Virus record (IMG/VR): IMGVR_UViG_3300045049_000234
Span: 1 to 64,000 of that record
Reading direction: 5' to 3' (one strand)
DNA length: 64,000 nt
From: a virus
The position numbers were made by a program, and so were the translations under genes. The notes beneath the pieces were generated by a model. The model was not told where the DNA came from, ran no database searches, and saw nothing but the letters and a program-made list of their open reading frames with translations. Below, piece after piece: positions 38,228 to 47,073 of this stretch. Positions within the stretch are counted from its first letter, which is position 1, and each line of letters opens with the position of its first letter.

Positions 38228-40564
38228 GTGGCCAACACGCCCGCATGGTCCGCACCACGGTCCGGGCTGCTCGGCGACACGGGCGCCGTGAACGCCTCGG
38301 CGCAGGTCAATCAGCTCCTGGGCACGCATGCGAGTAGTGAGATCTACTACGGCAACATGATCCTTCAGCCGGACGGCACCGGCGGCGCGATCAGCGGGCG
38401 GCTGCTCAACGCCTACGACATCGATCAACCGTTCACGATGTCGGGCACGAGTATCGGCCGCGTTGCCATCCCGCTGATGGTCTCCGGGACCGGCAGCGAC
38501 ATGATCGTATCGCTGTGCTCGGACAGCGGCGGCGCGCCGGGCAGCGTCATCACGCAGACCCGCGTCCCGGCGACATGGATCAACCAGCTCAGCGCAGTCA
38601 CTTCCGCCTCGGTGGTGCAGAGCGCTGTCAACGGCGCGTTCGCGGCCCAGATCGCCCCGAACTACACCGGCAGCCCCTTGGCCACGGCGCAGTTCAACAA
38701 GTTCTACATGGCCAGCGTGGTGACGACCAACTGGCCGTATCCGACGTCGAAGAACCTGGGTCCGGGCACCGGCCCCACCTCCTGCTACTACGGTGACTAC
38801 TTCATCCAGATGGGCGGGTACGTCAGCTCCACCTTCCTGGACAACGTGTTCACCATCGGATTCGACACGACGGGGCACATCCTGAGCACCGTCCCGCAGC
38901 CGTCGCTGCCGCAGGCCACGGACGGCACCGCCGGGTGTGTCGTGTCCGTGGACGCATCCGGTAACGCCACGGTCGTGTTCGCGGGGGGCGCCACCGCTTC
39001 CGGCACGCTAACGAACGCGGTGTACACTGCGTCATTCGACCCGACGACCGGCAACATCGGCGCATGGTCTACACAGCAGAACCTGCCGGGCACCAACCAG
39101 TACTTCGGCATGGCGGCCTACAACGGTTACGTCTACACGGTCGGCGGGGCGAACGGTACCATCAACAACACCACCGTCCTCTACGCGCAGGTGCAGAACG
39201 GCCAGATCACGACCTGGACCGCGACCACGCCGCTGCCGGTGGGCCAGGGATTCAACTACGTGGCGGCGTGCGCTGGATATCTGTTCGTGTTCGGCGGGTC
39301 CATTCTGTCCAACATCAACACCTGCTACTACGCGGCCATCAACGCAGACGGCACGCTCGGCGGATGGAGGATCGGACCGACACTGCCGGTCAGTCCTGCG
39401 CTGTTCAACGGCAACCCGGCGATTGTGGCGGGCACGTACGGCATCATCGGCAACGGCAGCGGCACCCTGTTCACGCTCGGCGTCACGGCCAACGGGCCGG
39501 ACCTGGCGTGGCAGGAACAGAACTTCTCGATAGGCGGCAACTTCTTCGCCGGGGTGAACGTCCAGCCGGGCGTGTGGCGGTACTACGGACTGTATGCGAG
39601 CTTCTACAGCACGATGTTGGTATCGCTGTACGCGACCATCTCCGTTCCACTGCCCGCGAGCGGCCTGACCAACGGCGCCACGTACCACGTGCTGATCCAG
39701 TCGCCGTCCAAGGACCTGAACAACGGACTTGCCCTGGCGTTCGACCAGGGCACCGTGTTCCCCGGCAATCCCAAGTACAGCTACCGCGTCAAGGGCAGCC
39801 CGACGTGGACGAGCAGCGTCGGCGGCAGCATCCCCCTCGCCGTCTACGACAACTCGAACAATTCCACGTCGTCCAGCGGCGCCATCGGGAACAACCACGT
39901 GTTGCACACGTGGGAAGACAACGGCGCCCGCATCTCCACGCTGGTGCATTCCACGACGCCCGACAGCCGACTGCTCGGCGTGCTGGACGCCACGTCGCAG
40001 CCGGGGCCGGTGCTCAACTCCAACCCCACGTTCACCGCCGGTACGGCGCCGTGGGGCGGCAACAACGGAACGCTGGCGCAGTCCAGCGCGTTCACGCACG
40101 GCAACCTGCCGTTCAGCGCGAGGTTCACCCCGAACGGCACCAGCAGCCAGGGGTATATCGAGTCGGAACTGATCAGCATCGCGTTGCAGCAGCAGTACAC
40201 GGCGGCGTGCTGGTTCTACTCGCCGACCGGGTACAGCAACTGCGAGATCCTGATCAACTGGTACAACGCGTCGGGGTCCTCCGGCGGGTTCATCTCCTCC
40301 ACCACCGGCGCGACGACCAGCGTGGCGGCCGGGACGTGGACGGCGCTGACCGTCACCGGCTACCCGCCGACCACCGCCGTGTACGGCACCGTGGGCGTGT
40401 ACGAACGCGGCACGCCGCCCGCGTCGGCGGTGTTCTACGCCTCCGCCGTGACGCTCCAGAACACGCAGGGACCGCAGGTCTCGTCCGTTGCGCAGATCGA
40501 TTACAGCGGCGGTTTCAACTCCGGCAATTCGTGGCCGCCCACCGGCGTCACCGTGCTGGCATAG
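38228..40564 (+). CDS. minor tail protein, paralog C, with Kelch-like propeller and CBM-like inserts
   Basis: NQLLGTH, EDNGARISTL; repeated YxxGG...Y.A..W...LP; LNSNPTF...W carbohydrate-binding-like segment. Confidence 0.75.
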   Translation: MANTPAWSAPRSGLLGDTGAVNASAQVNQLLGTHASSEIYYGNMILQPDGTGGAISGRLLNAYDIDQPFTMSGTSIGRVAIPLMVSGTGSDMIVSLCSDSGGAPGSVITQTRVPATWINQLSAVTSASVVQSAVNGAFAAQIAPNYTGSPLATAQFNKFYMASVVTTNWPYPTSKNLGPGTGPTSCYYGDYFIQMGGYVSSTFLDNVFTIGFDTTGHILSTVPQPSLPQATDGTAGCVVSVDASGNATVVFAGGATASGTLTNAVYTASFDPTTGNIGAWSTQQNLPGTNQYFGMAAYNGYVYTVGGANGTINNTTVLYAQVQNGQITTWTATTPLPVGQGFNYVAACAGYLFVFGGSILSNINTCYYAAINADGTLGGWRIGPTLPVSPALFNGNPAIVAGTYGIIGNGSGTLFTLGVTANGPDLAWQEQNFSIGGNFFAGVNVQPGVWRYYGLYASFYSTMLVSLYATISVPLPASGLTNGATYHVLIQSPSKDLNNGLALAFDQGTVFPGNPKYSYRVKGSPTWTSSVGGSIPLAVYDNSNNSTSSSGAIGNNHVLHTWEDNGARISTLVHSTTPDSRLLGVLDATSQPGPVLNSNPTFTAGTAPWGGNNGTLAQSSAFTHGNLPFSARFTPNGTSSQGYIESELISIALQQQYTAACWFYSPTGYSNCEILINWYNASGSSGGFISSTTGATTSVAAGTWTALTVTGYPPTTAVYGTVGVYERGTPPASAVFYASAVTLQNTQGPQVSSVAQIDYSGGFNSGNSWPPTGVTVLA

Positions 40565-40573
40565 GGGGTCATC

Positions 40574-41062
40574 GTGGCATCGACGTTCGAGTCTCTGCTA
40601 CTGGCGCAGACCAGCTTCTCCATGAACCGGCCCATCGCCGTGATGATGCAGGTCACCACGACGACATCGCTCACCAGCGGCACATGGACGTCGATCGGGA
40701 TGGACTCGTCCACGATCGACAACTACAACGGGCACAGCAACAGCACGAACAACTCCCGGTACACGGTGCAGGTGGCGGGCAAGTATGTGGTTTCCGGCAC
40801 GGTGGCGTTCGCGACCAACGCGACCGGCGACCGTGGCGCGAAGATCACCAAGAACGGCGCGGTGGTGCAGGGGCCGTACGCGCTGACCTCATCGGCGAGC
40901 ACCACCCACGGCATCTCGGTAGCTACGGCAGGGTTCATCATTGCCTGCAACGTCGGGGACTACCTGGAGTTGCAGGGATACCAGAACAGCGGCGGCGCCC
41001 TCGCCACTCAGATATCCACCGATCAGGACAGCTTCTTCTCCGTCTATTGGATCTCCAGCTAG
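40574..41062 (+). CDS. tail fibre tip-like protein (C1q/TNF-like)
   Basis: SRYTVQVAGKY.VSG...GDYLELQGYQNSG. Confidence 0.7.
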   Translation: MASTFESLLLAQTSFSMNRPIAVMMQVTTTTSLTSGTWTSIGMDSSTIDNYNGHSNSTNNSRYTVQVAGKYVVSGTVAFATNATGDRGAKITKNGAVVQGPYALTSSASTTHGISVATAGFIIACNVGDYLELQGYQNSGGALATQISTDQDSFFSVYWISS

Positions 41063-41070
41063 GAGGCATC

Positions 41071-41484
41071 GTGACCGCCGCGCACGACCAGGCGGAGAGT
41101 CATCACTACCTGATGCACTTCCCGGAGCATCCTCCGCGCGAGGGCGACCCGCATTACAAGGACTTCGAAGCCTACCGGCGCCGCACGAAGGACACCGCGC
41201 GGTGTCAGTTCGCCGTGGAGACGGGCGACGAATCCGAGTGCCACGGCGGGTTGGAGCTGCACCATACGCACGTCGAGTTCTCGCTCCAGAACGGCGTCGA
41301 ACTCTCACGGCTGGAGCACGTCTATCCGGGGATATCCAACCCCGACGAGGTTGGCGCGTGGGTCGAAAGCGCCGACAATCTGACGTGGTACTGCGCGTTC
41401 CATCATCGGGGCCACGGCGGGGTGCACACGGCCGCCGCAGCCGACTTCGAGGCGTCCAAGTGGGTCAAGGGGCTCATCTCCTAG
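41071..41484 (+). CDS. HNH-like His/Cys protein
   Basis: AGGAGG RBS; LELHH...NL...CAFHHRGHGGVH. Confidence 0.7.
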   Translation: MTAAHDQAESHHYLMHFPEHPPREGDPHYKDFEAYRRRTKDTARCQFAVETGDESECHGGLELHHTHVEFSLQNGVELSRLEHVYPGISNPDEVGAWVESADNLTWYCAFHHRGHGGVHTAAAADFEASKWVKGLIS

Positions 41485-41539
41485 AAACGGACCCGCGATG
41501 ACGGCGACCGGGCATGCTGCGATAGGAAGGCCGACAAAG

Positions 41540-41845
41540 ATGGCTGACGACCCGACGATCGTCTTCAGCGTCAAAGAGCTGATCAGCCGTCTCGACGGCA
41601 AGCTGGACATGATGATGAAGGTGCTCACCGACAAGGCGGACCGCGCGGACGTCAACGCGCTGGACCGCCGGGTGGGCGCCGTGGAGGTGCAGGTCAACGA
41701 CCTGGTGATACAGCGCAAGAGCGAAGCGAAGGCGGAAGAGGACGGTACGGCGCGCGGCCGGTTTCTGATCACCGCGCTCATGACCGTCATCGGCCTGCTG
41801 ATCGCGCTGGCCGCCGTCGTCGTCACCATCCTGGTAAAGGGGTGA
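41540..41845 (+). CDS. membrane protein (coiled coil plus C-terminal TM), lysis cassette
   Basis: hydrophobic C-terminus; position before the endolysin. Confidence 0.7.
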   Translation: MADDPTIVFSVKELISRLDGKLDMMMKVLTDKADRADVNALDRRVGAVEVQVNDLVIQRKSEAKAEEDGTARGRFLITALMTVIGLLIALAAVVVTILVKG

Positions 41846-42327
41846 GCGTCATGGCGCCGCACACCCGCCATCCGTGGCGCGACCACCGCCGCGCCCACGG
41901 ACCGGTCCGCGTGGCCGACCAGCACCCCACCGCCACGGCCGTACAGCGGTTCAACGCCCGGTTGGCCGTCGCCGTCACGCGCGTAGTCGGCTCGATGTGG
42001 TGCGCCTACGCCTTCGCCGCGTTCGACTGCATCTCGCTGCCAACCGCGATCCGCACCGGGACGGCGGCGATCGTCTCATGGATCGCGCAGACGTTCCTCC
42101 AGCTCGTCCTGCTCTCCATCATCATGGTCGGCCAGGACGTCCAGGCGAAGGCCGCCGACGCACGCGCGGAGCACACGTTCAACGACGTGGAATGCATGCT
42201 CGCAACCATGGATCAACTCGCATCGCGCCTAGGCCATCAGGATGAGCTGCTAGACGTCATCCTGCGGGCCGTCCAGGATCATGCGCCATGTGACGCCTGT
42301 AGCGATCATGCTGATAGTGGCTCGTGA
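41842..42327 (+). CDS. DUF1003-like two-TM membrane protein, candidate holin
   Basis: VGSMWCAYAF...QTFLQLVLLSIIMVGQ. Confidence 0.7.
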   Translation: MSVMAPHTRHPWRDHRRAHGPVRVADQHPTATAVQRFNARLAVAVTRVVGSMWCAYAFAAFDCISLPTAIRTGTAAIVSWIAQTFLQLVLLSIIMVGQDVQAKAADARAEHTFNDVECMLATMDQLASRLGHQDELLDVILRAVQDHAPCDACSDHADSGS

Positions 42328-42849
42328 TACGCCGAACTCACGAGCCAATGCCGCCTGACTTCCCCTCACGGTAGTTATCCGGGACCGGATGTCCTGGACC
42401 TGTTCGGCGCTGAGCCGCGAAGAAAAGCGCAGCTTGCTATCGCGATCCACATTGTTGTCGGTCTTTGTTCCGACGAACAGGTGCGCAACGTTGCAACACG
42501 GCGGGTTGTCGCATCGGTGAAGTACGCACATCCCGCGCGGGATCGGGCCGTGTTCGAGTTCGTAGGCGACGCGGTGTGTTGACATTGTCCTGTTGTTGAT
42601 GGTGATCAATCCATGGCCCGAATTACGCCGCGCGCCGGTCCATTCCATGCACCCACCTGGCGTGTGTTCTAGACCCCCGATCAGAACGCGCCTAAGTACT
42701 TCACCGTCCCGGTTCGACCTGCGCGCAGCCCCGGCACACAATGTGGAGCAGTATCGACCATCTCCGCGCGCTAGTCGGGACGGCGGCACGTATCGCTCGA
42801 ACCGGGACGCGCACATAGCGCAGTCCCGGAGTACATTCGGCTTCGGCAC
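42250..42849 (-). mobile_element. HNH homing endonuclease inserted antisense in the lysis cassette
   Basis: CMEWTG...HRVAY....GPIP..MCVLHRCDNPPCCNVAHLFVGT..DN; C-terminal HTH; visibly lower GC. Confidence 0.85.
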
Positions 42850-42897
42850 ATCTCATGTTAACCGATGCCACGGGTACTACATCACCGTGAGGATGCC

Positions 42898-43926
42898 ATG
42901 ACTGTATTCGTCGCCGACATCGCCAGCTACCAACACGGCCTGAACGTGGCCAGCCTGCGCCCCGACTGCGTGGGCGTCCAGATCAAGTGCACCGAGGGCG
43001 CCTCGTACGTGAACCCGGACTACGCCGGATGGCTGGCTCAGGCGAAGGCCGCCGGGCTGCTCACGGTGGCGTACCACTACGTCAACGGGGACGACCCGAC
43101 GGCGCAGGCGGCGAACCTGGCGGCGCACATCGGCGACAAGTCACTGCCGGTGATGCTGGACACCGAGAAGGGTTCCGGCAACCTGCCGCACGTCTTGGAC
43201 GTCTGCGACGCGATGGATGCGGCCGGTCTGCGCCCGAAGCTGATCTACCTGCCGCAGTTCTACTGGTCGCAGATCGGTTCGCCGGACCTGCGCGCCCCGC
43301 TGGCGTCGCGCGGCCTGATGCTGGTCTCGGCGCACTATCCGAGCACCGCGCCGGGATCGCCCGCCGGTCTGTACCCCGGCGACTCCTCGCCGCTGTGGAA
43401 CGGCTACGGCGGCGCCGTGGTGTCCATGCTCCAGTTCACCGACGCCGCCGTGGAAGGCGGGCAGCAGGTGGACATGAACGCATACCGGGGCACCGCCGCC
43501 GCGCTGGCCGCCGCGCTGGGCGCACCGGTTCAGGACGCCCCGCCGCCCGCCTACTCGTGGCCGCAGCAGCGCGAGTGGTCGGCCGGTCCATGGGCGGGGA
43601 TCTTGCAGCGCGCCCTGATGCTGGCCGGACTGAACCCCGGCGCCGTTGACACGATGTTCGGCCCGTCCACCCTCGCGGCCGTCCTGGCGTTCCAGCGCGC
43701 CCACGGGCTCGCCGTGGACGGCGTCGTAGGCAAATACACGTGGGCGGCCCTCGCGTCGCGTGTGGAGGCCGTACAGCGCGCCCTGAACCGCCACGGCGCG
43801 CACCTGGCCGTGGACGGCGAAGCGGGATCGCTCACCGCCGCCGCCGTCACCGACTTCCAGCGCGCGAACCACCTGGCGGTTGACGGGATCTGTGGACCGT
43901 TGACGAGCCACGCGCTCGGAATCTAG
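42898..43926 (+). CDS. endolysin, GH25 muramidase with peptidoglycan-binding domains
   Basis: DIASYQ, KCTEG, AYHY, MLDTE, LQFT, DMN; repeated FQ..HGL.VDG..G..T. Confidence 0.92.
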   Translation: MTVFVADIASYQHGLNVASLRPDCVGVQIKCTEGASYVNPDYAGWLAQAKAAGLLTVAYHYVNGDDPTAQAANLAAHIGDKSLPVMLDTEKGSGNLPHVLDVCDAMDAAGLRPKLIYLPQFYWSQIGSPDLRAPLASRGLMLVSAHYPSTAPGSPAGLYPGDSSPLWNGYGGAVVSMLQFTDAAVEGGQQVDMNAYRGTAAALAAALGAPVQDAPPPAYSWPQQREWSAGPWAGILQRALMLAGLNPGAVDTMFGPSTLAAVLAFQRAHGLAVDGVVGKYTWAALASRVEAVQRALNRHGAHLAVDGEAGSLTAAAVTDFQRANHLAVDGICGPLTSHALGI

Positions 43927-43970
43927 ATGTAGACTTCCCTGCGGGTTGAGGGCACGAGACGGACTCCGTG

Positions 43971-44018
43971 ACACCGCACCCCCGGTAGCCTTTCGGCCGC
44001 CGGGGGTGCGGTGTTTTT
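43971..44018 (+). terminator. intrinsic terminator at the convergence of late and right-arm transcription
   Basis: acaccgcacccccgg...ccgggggtgcggtgt followed by TTTT. Confidence 0.85.
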
Positions 44019-44024
44019 CGCGTT

Positions 44025-44615
44025 TCAGGCCGCGACCACTTCCACGTTGTCGGCGCTGGTGAACACGCGCTGGCCGTCGATCATCAGGCCGACGCGGTAC
44101 TTGGTCAGCCACTGCGTGCTGTTGTACTTGTCCTCGCCGAACCACACGACGACGGCCACGGTCCCCTTGGGGATCTTGCGGCCCTTGGTCACCTTCACCG
44201 TCTTGCCCTCGCGCGGGGTGGCCGCCTCCGCCGCGTCCCGCGCCGCCTGGCGCTCCACCGCCCGGTCATGCTCCCACGCCTTGAACTTGGCCAGCGTCTC
44301 CTCGTCGGCGTCCACGGCGGCGTTGTTGAAGTACGACCACCCGCGCGTGCTGGCGTACTCGACCTCGCGCGGCCCGCCCTTCGCGTCGTCCCACACCACC
44401 GCGTAAAAGTCGCTGTCGTGGTAGTGGTTGTGTTCGCCCAGGCGCAGCACGCGGCCGGTATAGGTGAACTCCACGACGTCGTCACCGTGCCACGTGCCGG
44501 TGGTGGTGGAACCGTCCAGGTACTTGCGCTCGGCGGCGTCCAGTTCGCGGTACTGCGGGTTGCCGGGGTTGCCGGGGTTGATGTTCTCGCGGTGGATGAG
44601 CATCTTGATCGCCAT
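44025..44615 (-). CDS. hypothetical protein with C-terminal SH3/KOW-like region
   Basis: GAGGAGGACCCG-ATG; GKTVKVTKGRKIPKGT..VV.W. Confidence 0.75.
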   Translation of the reverse strand: MAIKMLIHRENINPGNPGNPQYRELDAAERKYLDGSTTTGTWHGDDVVEFTYTGRVLRLGEHNHYHDSDFYAVVWDDAKGGPREVEYASTRGWSYFNNAAVDADEETLAKFKAWEHDRAVERQAARDAAEAATPREGKTVKVTKGRKIPKGTVAVVVWFGEDKYNSTQWLTKYRVGLMIDGQRVFTSADNVEVVAA

Positions 44616-44658
44616 CGGGTCCTCCTCGATCGGTGCGGGTTCCTCTCCCGCAACCCCT

Positions 44659-44687
44659 ACGGTACGCCGACGCGATAGCGTAGTCAA
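44659..44687 (-). promoter_or_regulatory. sigma70-type promoter, TTGAC-nnn-GCTA family
   Basis: TTGACT-acgcta...-17 nt-TACCGT. Confidence 0.8.
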
Positions 44688-44743
44688 GGGACATGCCGGA
44701 ACCCGCCACCGGCGTTCCGGCAGCGGGTTCCGCGTGATCATCC

Positions 44744-45547
44744 CTACGCGCGGCCGTCCACACTCCAGTGGATCTCGTCCACCAACTCACCGGCGCGCGG
44801 CCCGTCGGCGATTCTCACCACCGTCGCGAAGTGGATGAACTCCCGGTCGTCCGTCTGCGCCGCACATCCAGCCGACATCAGCACGCGGTGCAGTTCGTAC
44901 TCCCCGCGCAGGTGGATGTACGTGACGGCGCGCTCGTCCACGTCGGCGCCGTAGTGCTCCTGTTCGAATCTGTACGCCATCTCGCGCCTGGTGTAGGTCC
45001 GTACGCCGTCCGCGCTAGCCTCCACGTATCCGGTAACGCGGTCCTGTGGCTCATCCAGGTCGGGCTGCGCCTGCGTCCATGCGAGCGCGTTCACGCGGTC
45101 CGCCTCAATGCCGCAGTAGTCCGTGGCGTCGGCCGCGTGGTAGGCGAAGATCGAGGTCTGCGTGTCGTTGCGCGCCGCCGGAAGTAGCGTGTCCACGTAG
45201 GTCGTGCGGGCGGTGGGCGGGGCGCCCGGCACGAACAGGTCGTACGTGTGCGCCAGTGGGCACAGTGCGCGGTCCCGTCCGGACAGCGTGCCGTGGAACA
45301 CCATCCCCTCGTCCGTGATCCACACCTCCGTGGCGAGCCCGCCGCTGGGCGCGTCGTGCGCGATGTCGGCCAGGCCGTACTGGATCGCGGTCGCGAGCGC
45401 GTCATCCACGCCGCTCAGTTGCGAGCGCATGGTGTGGCACACTGCGGATGCCAGCATGCGGGGCGCCGTGCGTCCGTCGTTCACCATGCGGTGCGGCAGC
45501 TTGTCCAGGACGTCCGCGACGGTGGCGCGGCGTTTCACGTCGGTCAT
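44744..45547 (-). CDS. hypothetical protein
   Basis: AAGGAGG RBS; promoter 45586-45614. Confidence 0.75.
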   Translation of the reverse strand: MTDVKRRATVADVLDKLPHRMVNDGRTAPRMLASAVCHTMRSQLSGVDDALATAIQYGLADIAHDAPSGGLATEVWITDEGMVFHGTLSGRDRALCPLAHTYDLFVPGAPPTARTTYVDTLLPAARNDTQTSIFAYHAADATDYCGIEADRVNALAWTQAQPDLDEPQDRVTGYVEASADGVRTYTRREMAYRFEQEHYGADVDERAVTYIHLRGEYELHRVLMSAGCAAQTDDREFIHFATVVRIADGPRAGELVDEIHWSVDGRA

Positions 45548-45585
45548 GATTCCTCCTTCGGCGGGTTCCTCTCCCGCGTGTCCCC

Positions 45586-45614
45586 AAAGTACTACGTGTT
45601 GTTAGCGGAGTCAA
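45586..45614 (-). promoter_or_regulatory. sigma70-type promoter, TTGAC-nnn-GCTA family
   Basis: TTGACT-ccgcta...-17 nt-TACTTT. Confidence 0.75.
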
Positions 45615-45876
45615 TAGAAACGCCCCGCTCCGGCATCCACCGTGCGGGGCGTTCGCGTGTCGCCGGATACCAATCCAGGGTCCACTCGTCCATGCCGCCG
45701 ATGGCGGCGGCCATGGCGGCAGCGGCGGCGTCGTGACGGCCGATGTCGGGAATCGCGTCGGACAGCGACTGCGACGCGTCGTCGAGTGCGCGCACCGACA
45801 CGGCGTCCATCGGCGTGCAGTCGCCCGAGACGGCGCCGAGCGATTCGAATACGTAGTCGGGTCCGGCGTTAAGCAT
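45592..45876 (-). CDS. hypothetical protein
   Basis: GGAGG RBS before MLNAGPDY. Confidence 0.55.
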   Translation of the reverse strand: MLNAGPDYVFESLGAVSGDCTPMDAVSVRALDDASQSLSDAIPDIGRHDAAAAAMAAAIGGMDEWTLDWYPATRERPARWMPERGVSIDSANNT

Positions 45877-45998
45877 CAATTCCTCCATGGATACGGGTCG
45901 AAGCCCCCCGCGCCGGGGATGTGCGCGGGGGGCAGATCGTGCGGTCAGGCGTAGTGCTTCACACACACCGGGCCGATTCCCCGTCCGCCCATGGACAC

Positions 45999-46027
45999 AA
46001 CATACACCCGTCGGATAGCGTCGTCAA
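45999..46027 (-). promoter_or_regulatory. sigma70-type promoter, TTGAC-nnn-GCTA family
   Basis: TTGACG-acgcta...-17 nt-TATGTT. Confidence 0.75.
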
Positions 46028-46197
46028 GGCATATGACCTGGAACAGGCCCCGGCGTCCACGTCGCCGTGTTGTACGGCGTCGCCACCGGCCCGTAGTGCG
46101 GCATCACCGGCATGGACGTTGGGCGCAGCGCCCACGCGATGCCGAGGGCCGCGCCCATCAAGAGCGCGGCCGTAAGGGCGTTGTACAGGATGCGCAT
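46024..46197 (-). CDS. small membrane protein
   Basis: TGATG coupling; single TM helix. Confidence 0.55.
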   Translation of the reverse strand: MRILYNALTAALLMGAALGIAWALRPTSMPVMPHYGPVATPYNTATWTPGPVPGHMP

Positions 46198-46817
46198 CAC
46201 GGCCCCGGCCACGGCAAGATCGTTATGTGCGAAGTGCGCCCGTCCTCGGGTGCGAGGCGGTACCCGGCGGCGGTCAGTTGGTCGCGCATCTCCGCCACCG
46301 CGTCGCGCGCCTGCGCGGGGGTCCATTCGTCCACCCATATGCGCACGGCGACGTGTGCCAGCACCCCGCGCCCGATCTGCACCACGCGGATGCCGCTGCG
46401 CATCGCGCCGGACTGGTTGGAGATGATCCACCACCCCGCCTTGCGCAGCATGCGCGAGACGGACGCGGCGTTGGGCGGCTTGGGCGGCGCGCACAGCGTC
46501 CCGCCGGGGAACTGCATCACCAGGTAATCGATGATCTCGGCGCGCGTGGCGCCCTCGAAGGGGTTCAGCATGCCGTCGGTGCCGTAGAGCTTCCATCCGG
46601 ACCACGTGTCGCCGTCCGCCTGCGTGGACTTGATCGCGTACGCCGGGACCTGGAATCCGCAGTTCTTGGCGACGGAGTCCAAGTTCACCGTGTCGGGGGT
46701 GTCGTTCATGTTGTCGATCGCCACGGCGGTGATCGAACGCGCCTTCTCCACGATCCACAAGTTCGGGTAGAAGGTGTGGCCGACCACGCGCCGCGCGGTG
46801 CGGTACTGGTCTCGCAT
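46197..46817 (-). CDS. hypothetical protein
   Basis: GAGGAGGACCCA-ATG; promoter 46863-46891. Confidence 0.75.
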   Translation of the reverse strand: MRDQYRTARRVVGHTFYPNLWIVEKARSITAVAIDNMNDTPDTVNLDSVAKNCGFQVPAYAIKSTQADGDTWSGWKLYGTDGMLNPFEGATRAEIIDYLVMQFPGGTLCAPPKPPNAASVSRMLRKAGWWIISNQSGAMRSGIRVVQIGRGVLAHVAVRIWVDEWTPAQARDAVAEMRDQLTAAGYRLAPEDGRTSHITILPWPGP

Positions 46818-46862
46818 TGGGTCCTCCTCGGTCGGCCCGGTTCCTCCGCCGGGCGCGTCCCT

Positions 46863-46891
46863 AATGTAGCGTCGCCGGTTAGCAGAGTCAA
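46863..46891 (-). promoter_or_regulatory. sigma70-type promoter, TTGAC-nnn-GCTA family
   Basis: TTGACT-ctgcta...-17 nt-TACATT. Confidence 0.75.
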
Positions 46892-47073
46892 GGGCCAAGG
46901 AACACGAGCTGCGACGGCGGGTAGAACCGGTGGTCGTTCGGGAAGTCATCCCACGATACGCGGAATGATCCGTCGCGTTCCTCAACGACAGTGCCCGGCG
47001 ACGGGCAGTCCACAAGGGCCACCCTGTCGCCGGGCACGAACGCCGGGCCGGACCTACGCCGCCGGGCTGTCAT
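46888..47073 (-). CDS. small SH3-fold-like protein downstream of TROVE gene
   Basis: FVPGDRV.L.....GTVVE....RVSWD....F.PSQL. Confidence 0.6.
   Translation of the reverse strand: MTARRRRSGPAFVPGDRVALVDCPSPGTVVEERDGSFRVSWDDFPNDHRFYPPSQLVFLGP

Noticed and set aside
35165-41062. Diversity-generating retroelement acting on tail paralogs
   Set aside because: No reverse transcriptase is present, and I saw no near-identical TR/VR pair differing at adenines; the similarity is only at the protein level.
39064-41070. N-terminal part of the 806-aa ORF 39064-41484
   Set aside because: It is an off-frame overlap with tail genes. Only the portion from GTG 41071, which has an RBS, looks real.
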